Assembly (NCBI GenBank): GCA_022763385.1
Contig: JALEGQ010000033.1
Location: 1-49,489, forward strand
DNA: 49,489 bases
Source of the DNA: a bacterium
Lineage (GTDB): Bacteria > Bdellovibrionota_C > UBA2361 > RFPC01
Direction of reading: 5' to 3'
Shown here in pieces: positions 31,074-40,900 of this stretch. The notes beneath the pieces were generated by a model. The model saw only the letters and a program-made list of their open reading frames with translations, made no database searches and had not been told where the DNA came from. Within the stretch, counting starts at the first letter, position 1; the number at the start of each line of letters is the position of its first letter. The translations under genes were made by a program, and so were the position numbers.

Positions 31074-31205
31074 TTTTCGAGGGAGTGCTCTGTGTCTTCC
31101 GTGCTCAAACAGGTCCTCGCGCGACTTCTTACGTAGCGGGCCTTGCACTATTTCTGGCGCGCTGCGGATACTGCGCGCGGAAAACACAGAGCACTCCCTC
31201 GAAAA
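31074..31205 (-). repeat. Hairpin element copy 1 (28-bp terminal inverted repeat, two 23-nt conserved boxes, 30-nt variable loop)
   Basis: Arms 31074-31101 and 31178-31205 pair with 1 mismatch. Boxes 31102-31124 and 31155-31177 are exact reverse complements of the boxes in copy 2. Confidence 0.9.
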
Positions 31206-31315
31206 GTACGTTGGTAATTCGAAGCTCTCTTCTCTCGCTATCCAACAAGGAGCGGCAAGCACCTAAGACACTCCCCGGGAAAGAATGTTGCCTTACAGAT
31301 ACCTCTGCTCTTCTT

Positions 31316-31449
31316 CTTGCGGGAGGAAAGGTTTTTCCTTCCACGCGCAGTATCCGCAGCGCGCCAAGGTCATTTCAGCCATCACCAATGCCAGTACTCG
31401 CGCGAGGACCTGTTTGAGCATGGAAGGGAAAACCTTTTTTTCCCACAAG
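31316..31449 (+). repeat. Hairpin element copy 2 (different outer stem, same two 23-nt boxes, 31-nt variable loop)
   Basis: Arms 31316-31343 and 31421-31449. Box A CGCGCAGTATCCGCAGCGCGCCA at 31344-31366; box B TCGCGCGAGGACCTGTTTGAGCA at 31398-31420. Confidence 0.9.
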
Positions 31450-31567
31450 CCAATAATCACTCACACCGCCTGCCCTTTGGAAACACGGCATCACCAAGAA
31501 TTCATCGGATCAGGGACGACCTTCATCCTCCCTCCAATCGCTGCGTATTGTTGAAGGACGCTATAAC

Positions 31568-34240
31568 TCAGTGAGCCGGTAACTGCTCCGGCTGGACGAT
31601 ATCGAGTACCAGCGGTCGTGCGCCGTCTTCTTCTTCCCCGAGTGAAACGGTGAGGTGAGACTGATCTGGGACCTCATCCCGGATTAATGCACGAGCGATC
31701 TCTGTTTCGAGCTTTCTCTGGAGATACCGCTTCAGCGGCCGTGCCCCGAATACCGGATCGAATCCCTCTTTCGCCATATACTCAATCACCGCATCGGACA
31801 CAGAGATCGTAATACCTCTCTCAGCAAGCCTTTTTCCGATATCAACGATCAAGAGCTGGACGATCTGCTCTATCTCTTCAAGACGGAGTGGTGAGAAGAG
31901 TACCGTCTCATCTACTCGGTTAAGAAACTCAGGTCGAAAGTGGCCTCGCAACTCCTGCTCGACCGCACTCCGGGCGGTTTCAGTGATATCGCCCTTCTCA
32001 TCAAGACCTTCGAGGAGGTGGTGAGAGCCGATATTCGAGGTCATGATGATGACCGTATTCTTGAAGTCGACCGTACGCCCCTGTGAATCGGTGATCCGGC
32101 CGTCGTCTAACACCTGAAGCAAGATGTTAAACACATCGTTATGGGCCTTTTCGATCTCATCAAAGAGCACGACTGAGTACGGTCGACGTCGAACGGCCTC
32201 TGTTAGCTGCCCTCCCTCTTCATATCCGACATATCCTGGAGGGGCTCCGATCAACCGAGAAACGGAGAACTTCTCCATATACTCGGACATATCGATACGG
32301 ACAATATTGTCTTCAGAATCAAAAAGCGTCTCTGCGAGGGTCTTTGCGAGCTCGGTCTTTCCTACTCCCGTGGGGCCAAGAAAGATAAACGAACCAATCG
32401 GGCGATTCGGATCCTTGATTCCCGCTCTCGCACGGATCACCGCATCCGTCACGAGCTGTACCGCCTCGTCCTGTCCGATCACCCGGTGGTGAAGGATATC
32501 TCCAAGCTTCAACAACTTCTCCTTCTCGCCCTCAACAAGCTTCGTCAACGGAATTCCAGTCCACTTCGCAATAATCTCGGCGATCTCCTGTTCCGTAACT
32601 TCTTCACGGAGCAACTTCTCTGGGGTGCTTCCGGCAGACTCAGAGGCCCCCTCATCACGCTTCTGGGTGAGCACCTGCTCGGCAGCCTTTAACTTCTTCT
32701 CGAGCTCAGGAAGAGTGCCGTGCTTGAGTTCTGCAGCTCGATTCAGATCGTACTCCCGCTCTGCCTGTTCAATAGCGAGCCGAGTCTGTTCGATCTGTTC
32801 TCGGAGGTGCTGAAGTTGGTCGATACTCCCCTTCTCCAGCTCCCACTGGGTTCGCATGGTGGTCTCTCGCTCCCGAAGATCCGAGAGGTCTTTCCGAAGC
32901 AAGGCGAGACGATCTTGACTCGAGGAATCCTTCTCTTTCTTGAGCGCAGCTTCTTCAATCTCGAGCTGCATGATTCGTCGCGTGACCTCATCGAGCTCAG
33001 CTGGCATCGAGTCGATCTCTGTCCGGATCATGGCACACGCCTCATCCATAAGGTCAATCGCCTTGTCCGGGAGAAATCGATCGGAAATATACCGGTGAGA
33101 GAGGTTCGCCGCCGCAACGAGTGCGTTATCTTGGATCGTCACCCCGTGGTGAACTTCAAACCGCTCCTTAATCCCCCGCAAGATCGAGATCGTATCGTCT
33201 ACGTTTGGCTGCTCGACCATCACTGGCTGAAAACGACGTTCAAGTGCCTTGTCCTTCTCGAGATACTGCCGATACTCGTCAAGAGTAGTTGCCCCAATGC
33301 AGTGGAGCTCTCCCCGAGCCAACATCGGCTTCAAAAGATTCCCGGCATCCATAGCTCCATCGGTTTTACCAGCGCCGACGATAGTGTGGATCTCATCAAT
33401 AAAGAGAATAATCTCCCCTTCCGACTGCTTCACCTCCTGGAGCACTGCCTTGAGCCGTTCTTCGAACTCTCCGCGGAACTTGGCTCCTGCGATCAGTGCT
33501 CCCATATCGAGAGAGAATACTGTTTTCTCTTTCAATCCTTCCGGCACGTCTCCCCGGACGATTCGCTGCGCCAAACCTTCCACGATCGCGGTCTTTCCCA
33601 CTCCCGGTTCTCCGATTAGGACCGGATTATTCTTGGTCTTTCGTGAGAGAATCCTGATGGTTCTGCGAATCTCCGAGTCACGACCGATCACGGGATCCAT
33701 TCGCCCAGAACGAGCTTCTTCTACGAGGTCTTTCCCGTACTTCTGAAGCGCCTCGTAGGTCCCTTCTGGGTTTGCACTCGTGACCCGTTGGTTCCCACGG
33801 ATCTCCGAGAGGGTGGAAAAGAAATCCTCTCGGGAGATTCCTCGCTCTGAAAAAAGCGCCGTGAGAGCGGAACTTCCCTCATCAAAGAAGGCCAGCCCTA
33901 AGTGCTCCACCGAGATATAGTCATCCCCCAACCGCTTCGCTTCCTCTTCGGCTGCCACACACAGTTTTCCCAGCTGCGGTGTGAGAAAAACCTTTCCTGA
34001 TTCAATCCCTGGTCCACTTACCGATGGCTTACGAGAAAGAATATTCTCCACCGCGACACCGAGTTCCGCGGTATCAACATCCATCTTTTCAAATATGCGG
34101 GGCAGGACGCCATCACCTTGTTGTAAGAGCGCGAAGAAAAGGTGCTCGACATCGACCTGCTGGTGCCCAAGCGAAACCGCTTTCTTCTGAGCGGCAGCAA
34201 ACCCCTCCTGAGACTTTTCGGTAAATCTGTTCATATCCAT
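31568..34240 (-). CDS. clpB: Chaperone ClpB
   Basis: Two AAA modules ([16 protein letters not shown]), coiled-coil M domain, [21 protein letters not shown]. Confidence 0.98.
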   Translation of the reverse strand: MDMNRFTEKSQEGFAAAQKKAVSLGHQQVDVEHLFFALLQQGDGVLPRIFEKMDVDTAELGVAVENILSRKPSVSGPGIESGKVFLTPQLGKLCVAAEEEAKRLGDDYISVEHLGLAFFDEGSSALTALFSERGISREDFFSTLSEIRGNQRVTSANPEGTYEALQKYGKDLVEEARSGRMDPVIGRDSEIRRTIRILSRKTKNNPVLIGEPGVGKTAIVEGLAQRIVRGDVPEGLKEKTVFSLDMGALIAGAKFRGEFEERLKAVLQEVKQSEGEIILFIDEIHTIVGAGKTDGAMDAGNLLKPMLARGELHCIGATTLDEYRQYLEKDKALERRFQPVMVEQPNVDDTISILRGIKERFEVHHGVTIQDNALVAAANLSHRYISDRFLPDKAIDLMDEACAMIRTEIDSMPAELDEVTRRIMQLEIEEAALKKEKDSSSQDRLALLRKDLSDLRERETTMRTQWELEKGSIDQLQHLREQIEQTRLAIEQAEREYDLNRAAELKHGTLPELEKKLKAAEQVLTQKRDEGASESAGSTPEKLLREEVTEQEIAEIIAKWTGIPLTKLVEGEKEKLLKLGDILHHRVIGQDEAVQLVTDAVIRARAGIKDPNRPIGSFIFLGPTGVGKTELAKTLAETLFDSEDNIVRIDMSEYMEKFSVSRLIGAPPGYVGYEEGGQLTEAVRRRPYSVVLFDEIEKAHNDVFNILLQVLDDGRITDSQGRTVDFKNTVIIMTSNIGSHHLLEGLDEKGDITETARSAVEQELRGHFRPEFLNRVDETVLFSPLRLEEIEQIVQLLIVDIGKRLAERGITISVSDAVIEYMAKEGFDPVFGARPLKRYLQRKLETEIARALIRDEVPDQSHLTVSLGEEEDGARPLVLDIVQPEQLPAH

Positions 34241-34304
34241 GGCAATTTCTCCCTGTATTTCTCATAACCATGAGTGAAGAAGAATACGAGTCCCAATCAC
34301 CCCT

Positions 34305-35354
34305 TTACGAGGAAGCCCTCGGGTTAAAGGAAGAGCTTTCTTGAAGCTCCACAAACAGTTCCCGCTCTCGCGTACTTAACTCTTTCGGCACAGCGATCTT
34401 CAAAACGGCAAAGAGATCACCGCGTTCTCCCTTCTCAACATACCCTTTCCCGCGGAGTCGCAACTTCTGACCACTCTGGGAAGATGGAGGAACCTTGACC
34501 GAGACCGTTGTTCCGTCGATCGTCTCTACCGGAATTTCAGCACCGAGTGCGGCTTCCCACGGAGTAAGTTTTATCTCTCGCTCAACGTTCTTCCCCTTCA
34601 GTAGGAATCGAGGATGTGGCGCGATATGAACCTTGATGCGGAGATCTCCGTTTTCTCCCCCCTGTGGAGAAGGCGCACCCTGCCCAGCAAGTCGAATCGT
34701 TTTTCCACTCTGAATCCCAGCAGGAACTTTTACCTGATAACTCTTCCGTTCCTTTTGTCTTCCTCCCTGCGGATCGGTCGAGATAAGGTCAAAGGAGATC
34801 TGCTTTTTTGCCCCATGAAGTCCCTCTTCAAGAGTAATGGTGACCTCCGTTTCGAGGTCCCCGCCCTTCTGTGGCGCACGTTGCTGAAAGCCGCTTGAGC
34901 CAAACGGGCTAGCCCCACCACCTGCCTGGTGTTGAAAAGACGCACCACCGCCGAAGATTGACTCAAAGAAGTCGCTGAACCCGCCAGCGCCCTGCTCAAA
35001 GGAGAAAGAAGCTCCACCGGGTCGGGCACCGGCCTGCTGTTGAAATCCGCCGTACTGTCCACCCCCGCCGCGAAACTGCGAGCCAAAGACCTCTTCCCAG
35101 TTTGGTGGCGGACGAAACTCCTGTCCGTTCTTCCAGTTAGCCCCGAGAGCATCGTACTGCTTCCGCTTCTCTGCATCTCCCAGCACCTCATAGGCTTCAT
35201 TAACCTCTTTAAAGCGATCTTCGGCACCACTCTCCTTATTAATATCGGGGTGATACTTCCGGGCAAGCTTCTTAAAAGCCTTCTTAATCTCATCAGCCGA
35301 AGCTCCTCGCTCAACACCGAGGGTTTTGTAGTAATCTTGAAACTTTACCGACAC
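34305..35354 (-). CDS. Class B J-domain protein (CbpA/DnaJ-like, no zinc finger)
   Basis: [11 protein letters not shown] motif, G/F-rich region, DnaJ C-terminal domain (PWEAALG). GTG start follows AAGGAG. Confidence 0.93.
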   Translation of the reverse strand: MSVKFQDYYKTLGVERGASADEIKKAFKKLARKYHPDINKESGAEDRFKEVNEAYEVLGDAEKRKQYDALGANWKNGQEFRPPPNWEEVFGSQFRGGGGQYGGFQQQAGARPGGASFSFEQGAGGFSDFFESIFGGGASFQHQAGGGASPFGSSGFQQRAPQKGGDLETEVTITLEEGLHGAKKQISFDLISTDPQGGRQKERKSYQVKVPAGIQSGKTIRLAGQGAPSPQGGENGDLRIKVHIAPHPRFLLKGKNVEREIKLTPWEAALGAEIPVETIDGTTVSVKVPPSSQSGQKLRLRGKGYVEKGERGDLFAVLKIAVPKELSTRERELFVELQESSSFNPRASS

Positions 35355-35499
35355 GTGGCTCTCCTTTATCCGCTCTCCTCTCTTAACCATTCCCAACCGA
35401 GATTTCTAGAGCTGATTTCAGTAGCTTAGCGCATTTTCTTCTCCGGGAACGTTGCATCACTCCCCGTTTCTCGGCATTATTTCGTTTCTCCTACGAGAC

Positions 35500-35573
35500 G
35501 GCCATGTAGCTCAGCTGGTTAGAGCGCAGAACTCATAATTCTGAGGTCGGTGGTTCGAGTCCACCCATGGCTA
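35500..35573 (+). tRNA. tRNA with CAT anticodon, most likely elongator tRNA-Met (Ile2 not excluded); CCA not encoded
   Basis: Acceptor stem GGCCATG/CATGGCT with discriminator A, D-arm GCTC/GAGC, anticodon stem CAGAA/TTCTG with loop CTCATAA, T-loop GTTCGAG. Lacks initiator features. Confidence 0.95.
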
Positions 35574-35577
35574 TTGA

Positions 35578-35674
35578 TCCCTTTGGGGAGCGTTTCGGGC
35601 TCGCTTTGCGACCCTGCACGCAGCTTGTCCCTTTGGGGAACGTTTCGGGCTTGGTTTGTGGCACTGCATGCGGC
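35578..35674 (+). repeat. Imperfect tandem duplication, 50-bp period
   Basis: 35578-35624 vs 35628-35674: 39 of 47 positions identical by manual alignment. Confidence 0.85.
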
Positions 35675-35693
35675 GGGGGTTTTTGATGGCTTC

Positions 35694-37289
35694 ATGTTGA
35701 CTTTTCTCTCTTCTCCCTCTTTTTTGCTTCGCGTTCTTTTTCTCTCTTCCCTTCTTTTTTTTCTCATTCTTGGTGGGCTGCTTCGGGTTGAGGATACGAC
35801 CTCTCGAACCTTTTGGGGGGATGAGGCGTGGCGGACGCAGCAGATTCTTCATGCGGAGAGTTACCATACCCTACTCCGCGGCGAGTACTTTGGTATGGAG
35901 ATGCCGGTGCAGTACGGGGAGTATCTTCTCGGAAAGGCTGGCCTGATTATTTTTGGAAAATCTGAGTGGGCTTTTCGGATCTGGAGCATCCTCGCTTCGC
36001 TGCTGACCCTTGGGGTCGCAACCGCACTTGGGTGGCGGGCGCATCAACGGGGAGAGCTTTCTCGGTTTGGATGCTCTCTCTTTGTCTTGCTGTGTGCGCT
36101 CAGCTCTGGATTCGTAGAGCACACCCATGAGTTTAAGCCGTATGCCGTTGAGTCGGCGCTCTTTCTCTTGCTCACCTACTTTTTTACCGCAGAGCGATTG
36201 GAAGGACGCTCCGTTCTCTTGCTCGGCATGTTCTTTACGCTCGCCTCTTTTTTCGGTTCGGTATGGCTCTTTGCTGGATGCATCCCTCTTTTCCTCCTTC
36301 CTCGTGCCCTCTCATTGCCGTGGCGCCAGCGCCTGATGCTCTTGCTCTTTGCGGTTCTCTCTCTCACCGGCATCGCTCTTTTTCTCTTTTACAAGAACAT
36401 GGTTACCGCACGGGGGGTGACGGACTTCTGGTCGCCGTACACCCTGGACTCCTTTGAGAAGATTCACCACGCGCTCTTCCAGATCTTCCCGTCAACACTC
36501 CAGTGGTATCTCTTTGATCCCCTCGTTCACCTCGGACTTCCGATCTCCCTTCTGGCGCTCTTCGCAGCGATAAGTGTTTTTGGTTTCAGCACCTCTCTTC
36601 TTTTCCGAGAAGGACGATTTCGACGAATGGGAATAATGATTCTCTTTCCCCTCGGAGTGATGATTCTTCTCGGATTGCTGGGAGAGTACCCCTTCTTTAT
36701 GAGAGTCTCCTCCTTCTATTATCCACTTTTTCTCTTTGGTGCGATCAGCGGTGGCGACGGTGCCGTGCGATTCCTCACGAGAAAATACCTCTCTCCTCAG
36801 AGCAGGAACGTTCTTCACGGGACGGCTCTCTTCGCCGTGCTCCTCACACCGATATTTCTCCCGATCTGGGATGGAGCTCCCGAGCGGGGGCAGCTTGTCC
36901 GAAATCACGGCTCTCATCGCCGAGATCAGAATATCAAGGGGTATCTTGAAGTGATCTCGGAGGCAGCTTCACCGCATGCCGTGTTTCTCAACTATCAAGC
37001 AAAGCTCGCACTGGCCTTCTATACACCAGAGCCGCTTTTTGCCGGAGAATACGAAGAGCTCCACACGCCCAAAAATCCTCAGAGACGAAAGACCTGTCGA
37101 GAGGTTCGCAGCGAATACGCGGTCCTCCAAGAAGCGTGGCTTCTCGCTATTGACCGGGTAGCGAACTATGAACTTCTCAAGAGTTGCTGTCAGCGGAGTC
37201 CCTCTTGCGAGGTGTTCTTTGAGGACAAGCAGCCCAAGGCTTTCCTGCTTGGCTTTCGCTATAGCGAGGACCCACCGAATACTAACTGA
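35694..37289 (+). CDS. Multi-pass membrane GT-C (PMT/ArnT-like) glycosyltransferase
   Basis: First-loop acidic motif FWGDEAW, SEWAFR, EFKPYA, about 11-13 hydrophobic segments, soluble C-terminal domain. Confidence 0.7.
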   Translation: MLTFLSSPSFLLRVLFLSSLLFFLILGGLLRVEDTTSRTFWGDEAWRTQQILHAESYHTLLRGEYFGMEMPVQYGEYLLGKAGLIIFGKSEWAFRIWSILASLLTLGVATALGWRAHQRGELSRFGCSLFVLLCALSSGFVEHTHEFKPYAVESALFLLLTYFFTAERLEGRSVLLLGMFFTLASFFGSVWLFAGCIPLFLLPRALSLPWRQRLMLLLFAVLSLTGIALFLFYKNMVTARGVTDFWSPYTLDSFEKIHHALFQIFPSTLQWYLFDPLVHLGLPISLLALFAAISVFGFSTSLLFREGRFRRMGIMILFPLGVMILLGLLGEYPFFMRVSSFYYPLFLFGAISGGDGAVRFLTRKYLSPQSRNVLHGTALFAVLLTPIFLPIWDGAPERGQLVRNHGSHRRDQNIKGYLEVISEAASPHAVFLNYQAKLALAFYTPEPLFAGEYEELHTPKNPQRRKTCREVRSEYAVLQEAWLLAIDRVANYELLKSCCQRSPSCEVFFEDKQPKAFLLGFRYSEDPPNTN

Positions 37290-40200
37290 CCTCAGTAGAG
37301 TGCTCGCGAGCCTTCTGCTTGGGGAGAACCCGCGCCTGATAATGAGCCTCAGGAGCATTGCTTCCGAACTGAAGATGTTCAATGCGGAAATCTCGAAAGG
37401 TGATCTCTTTCACCGGAGTGGTAATCTCTCGGCAGGAGAAGATACCATCTTCAGCAAAGTGTGGAATGAATCTTCGGAGTGTGTTCGGAATGGAGTCGAA
37501 CTCTGCGGCACCTCCTGCACCAGCGGCACAGGAGTGCACGATCCCCTGGGCCCCAATGGCGATAGCACGCTGGAGCTGCTCAAGAGGAACCTGGTTAAAA
37601 TCCTCGGCAGTCAAGGTCTGATCATCGCCGCTCTGGGTCGCCACGATAGAGTTCTTCCCTCCGTGTCCAGCGATATACACGAGTTGGGCCGGTTGCTCCT
37701 GCTCGCTCCCAAGTCGGGCGGCGGCGATAATCTGCTCTAGATATCCGACACCGTTCTTAGCTTCGTACACCTCCATACGAAAACCGGTCTCGTGCGCTGC
37801 ATGGAGTACGGTGAGAAACTCCGGATCTGCCCACGCCCCGTTCCAGTCATCTCTTGGGAGAACAAACACTGCCTTTGGCCGATCATCTCGTTCTGGATTC
37901 TTCAAATTTTGATAGAGCTCTTCGCGCAGGTCCTTTGGAAAGCGATACGGATGTAAGATCCCCACTGTCTCAAACTTCTTCATAAGGAGAAGAAACTGCT
38001 CTGCAACGTACTTTTCCCTCTTTGACTCTGATCCTGCAACGGTCCGTTCCGCGGCAGCAACGGCAGCCTCTCGGCCGGCTACCGTAGAACACCCTCTTCG
38101 AAAGAGCGGCACTTCATCTACCGGGGCATCGGAGGAGCGAAAGCTCTCTTCAAAAAAGGCCGTTCGAGCGATATCGAGGTTAAGGCTCGAAAGGAATACG
38201 AGAAGCTTTCGAGAGAGAACGCTCTCCTTGAGAGAAGACTTCTGAGAGGAGTTCCCTGCCTCTCGGAGACGCTGGAGGGACCGTACCGACGGCTGAACAT
38301 ACGCTTCATACTTCTTGCTCTGACGAAAAAGGAAGGGTTCATTGTTGAGAGCTCTCAATGCGACATCTAGCCCTTCTCCTTTCTCAAGGAGAGCACAGAT
38401 CTCCTGCTGTACTGAGGGTTCACGACTCGGAGCAAGCACCTTTATGAGAAGAGCCCTACGGTGATCTCCCTCGTCGATAACGCTACGACAGTACTCAAGT
38501 GCATCTTCATCTCCCTCCCGAGCAAGGAAAAAGCGCAACCGATCGCTCAAACCCTTATCTGGTGCCAGGGGCATCAATTCTCGAAGGATGGCGCGTCTGC
38601 GCTCGCTACACCGGCCGGGTTCCGTCTCCATCAGAGTATCGATCAGAACACCAAAATGTTTGTCATCCTCAAGAGCAGCGGTACAGAGTGAAGCAAAGAG
38701 ATCCTCTCTTTCAAGGAGAAGAGAAAGCGACCAACGCGGACTATACCGTATCCTCGGTAAGATACTGGCAGCAGTTGGTGAGACACGTTGATCAGGACAG
38801 GTGACAAACGCCATCCATGCCGAGTAACTCCCCTGCTCGAGAATGGCCTCACTCAGTTGCTGCACTACCTGTTCTCCCCAATCCGCTCCTTCGGCCTCCT
38901 GCCGTTCTTCCAAAAAGACAGTGAGAAACGGGGGGAAACAACGAAGGTACGGATCCTTCAAGACCCTCTCGAGAATCTCAGCAACCCCTTCTGGCCGAGC
39001 ATACGGAAGGTAGAGTCCAGTGAGGGACGGAGCACACTCAAGAAACTCGAGATGACGAAGAATAAACTCACGAAGCGACTCCTCTAACCCCTCATCTCCT
39101 CGGAGAGCCGAGAGCAGGAGAGCAATATCCGGATCATCACTCTCTACTTCGTCGATCACGGCTCGATGTGCTGAGCTCTCTGCGCTCCATTGCATGCACT
39201 GTTCGAGGAGTCGAAAACGATCTTTCAGAGAGAAAGAAAGCGCCCCGCCATTCCCATTACCGATTACTGAGATCGCCATCTCTTTTGCGGAGTCATATCC
39301 ATAGATGAGCCCCGAAAAAATCAGGGTCATTGCTTCCGAGGACTTGCTCGCCTCGGCGAGTTGCCCTTCATAGTATCGCTCTGCTCGAGGATTGTGAGCC
39401 TGATGGAGAGCGCTAAGGGCGAAGTCCAGAGGGTACGGAAAGGTGAGCGACGGATTTTCGTCGAAAACGGCGCGCTCGAGAAAAGTCTCCGTCGCGCGAC
39501 TTTTCAGGGCGAGGAGGCCAAAGGGGAGGCAATTTGGGGCTCCATCAACCGGCTCCTCCTCTAAGATCTCAACAACACGGGAACCGAAACGCTCTCCATC
39601 ATACTGGAGAAGAGTCTTGGCAAGCTGAATGCGGCACCGTCGAGATTTCGGGAGGAAGGTGGACACATGCGACTCTGCGACCTCCTGAAGCTCAGGATCA
39701 CTGCCATTTAGAAGCGAGTGAATGCCAGCACACACGACCTCTTCATCCCCATGCTCCAGGCAGGAGAGCCCTACTCCACCTAGACCGCTTCGGAGCAACG
39801 TAAGGGCAACGGCTCGAGACTCCTGCCGCTCTATAAAAGCGAAGACCCTTTCCTGATCTTCCTGGTTGGCATGAGCTGCGAACTGCTCCGTCATTGTGGG
39901 TGGGATGTACCTGAGATCTGGTGGCAAAGTATCCAGCAGTACTGAGGGAAATTCCTTTGGAGCCTGAGCAGCGTAGCCTTGTAAAAGCTCGAAGTAGAAA
40001 GGACGAAACTCGACATCACCCGCCAATTCAACGAGCACTTCAGGGAGAACCGGAAAGGATGGCTCGAGAAGGAGGAGCAGTGCCGCCCGCCGAATATCTT
40101 CATCTCCCTCGAGGAGCAGTTGATAGAGGAGCGCCGGATCTCCCTGAAACCGTTCGCGAAGCTCTTGTCCCAGGTCAGATCGAGCAACGGAGGGCTCCAA

Positions 40201-40413
40201 AGCCATCAAGCGCAGTCCAGAACGGAGCTCTGCTCGAATCCGCAACGGGTCCCGCTCCTCAAGAGCCACCGTGAACGGCTCCTCACTCAGAGAGAGCGAG
40301 CGAGGAGTACCTCCTTCCGTGGTTGAGCATCCAGAGAGAAGCACCGCCAAAGCCACCGCGTGGGCACTTTCACCTCTTCCCCTCCCCCTGAACGGAGCCC
40401 CTCCGTGAACCAC
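37282..40413 (-). CDS. Large hypothetical protein: putative lipoprotein, helical HEAT-like region, C-terminal clan-CD-like peptidase domain
   Basis: 1043-aa ORF; VALAVLLSGC lipobox-like; Leu/Glu-rich helical body; YIAGHGG and IVHSCAAG near the C-terminus. Confidence 0.6.
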   Translation of the reverse strand: MVHGGAPFRGRGRGESAHAVALAVLLSGCSTTEGGTPRSLSLSEEPFTVALEERDPLRIRAELRSGLRLMALEPSVARSDLGQELRERFQGDPALLYQLLLEGDEDIRRAALLLLLEPSFPVLPEVLVELAGDVEFRPFYFELLQGYAAQAPKEFPSVLLDTLPPDLRYIPPTMTEQFAAHANQEDQERVFAFIERQESRAVALTLLRSGLGGVGLSCLEHGDEEVVCAGIHSLLNGSDPELQEVAESHVSTFLPKSRRCRIQLAKTLLQYDGERFGSRVVEILEEEPVDGAPNCLPFGLLALKSRATETFLERAVFDENPSLTFPYPLDFALSALHQAHNPRAERYYEGQLAEASKSSEAMTLIFSGLIYGYDSAKEMAISVIGNGNGGALSFSLKDRFRLLEQCMQWSAESSAHRAVIDEVESDDPDIALLLSALRGDEGLEESLREFILRHLEFLECAPSLTGLYLPYARPEGVAEILERVLKDPYLRCFPPFLTVFLEERQEAEGADWGEQVVQQLSEAILEQGSYSAWMAFVTCPDQRVSPTAASILPRIRYSPRWSLSLLLEREDLFASLCTAALEDDKHFGVLIDTLMETEPGRCSERRRAILRELMPLAPDKGLSDRLRFFLAREGDEDALEYCRSVIDEGDHRRALLIKVLAPSREPSVQQEICALLEKGEGLDVALRALNNEPFLFRQSKKYEAYVQPSVRSLQRLREAGNSSQKSSLKESVLSRKLLVFLSSLNLDIARTAFFEESFRSSDAPVDEVPLFRRGCSTVAGREAAVAAAERTVAGSESKREKYVAEQFLLLMKKFETVGILHPYRFPKDLREELYQNLKNPERDDRPKAVFVLPRDDWNGAWADPEFLTVLHAAHETGFRMEVYEAKNGVGYLEQIIAAARLGSEQEQPAQLVYIAGHGGKNSIVATQSGDDQTLTAEDFNQVPLEQLQRAIAIGAQGIVHSCAAGAGGAAEFDSIPNTLRRFIPHFAEDGIFSCREITTPVKEITFRDFRIEHLQFGSNAPEAHYQARVLPKQKAREHSTEVS

Positions 40414-40667
40414 CGCGTTGTACTCCTCAGTCTCTCACACCACCCTACAGGAGAATTATGAAGGGCTCTCCCCCCTCTGTTGCATACATGCCCTCCCACA
40501 CCTCCGAAAATACACCATTTTTTAGGAGAAGCCGTCCCTGTGCAAAGCTCACCGAAATGAGCTTCAGCCTCCCGGAATTCCTGTCGACCCTCACCCATGA
40601 AGCACGAAGCTTCGCTCACCAGGCGTCCCCCAGGGGCGTGGGGTGTACCGGATCAGGGAAGAATATC

Positions 40668-40868
40668 ATGAGCAGTCCGATCGGCAACGTTGCCTCCTAC
40701 TCCACCGAGCAAAAGTTGAGAGAAGTCCAAGATAAAGGCTCCGTCTCCGTCTTCAAAAAGCAGCTCGACCAGACCGAAGCCGTCGTCGGAAAACTCCTCT
40801 CCGGAATAGAAGCAACCGCTCCCCGAGCCCCCGAACAGAGCGGCCAAACCCTCAACACCATCGCCTAG
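40668..40868 (+). CDS. Small YjfB-like (putative motility) protein, 66 aa
   Basis: 'SVSVFKKQLDQTEAVVGKLL...GQTLNTIA' resembles the YjfB pattern (V.KK.LD...LL...G..ID..A). Confidence 0.6.
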   Translation: MSSPIGNVASYSTEQKLREVQDKGSVSVFKKQLDQTEAVVGKLLSGIEATAPRAPEQSGQTLNTIA

Positions 40869-40900
40869 CCCAAAAAAGCATTCAATCTCAACACCTTACC

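Noticed and set aside
31083-31197. GAGTGCT / AGCACTC half-sites resembling CIRCE near clpB
   Set aside because: Half-sites are in the wrong order, about 100 bp apart rather than 9, and downstream of clpB. They are part of the hairpin stem.
31074-31449. CRISPR array or integron attC interpretation of the hairpin pair
   Set aside because: Only two units, in inverted orientation, with two different boxes around each loop. No cas gene or integrase in the window, and no RYYYAAC...GTTRRRY ends.
30988-31574. Several short ORFs between nadA and clpB
   Set aside because: They overlap the hairpin elements, share translated box sequences and have no protein-like features.
32720-33619. 299-aa plus-strand ORF
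   Set aside because: Antisense shadow of clpB.
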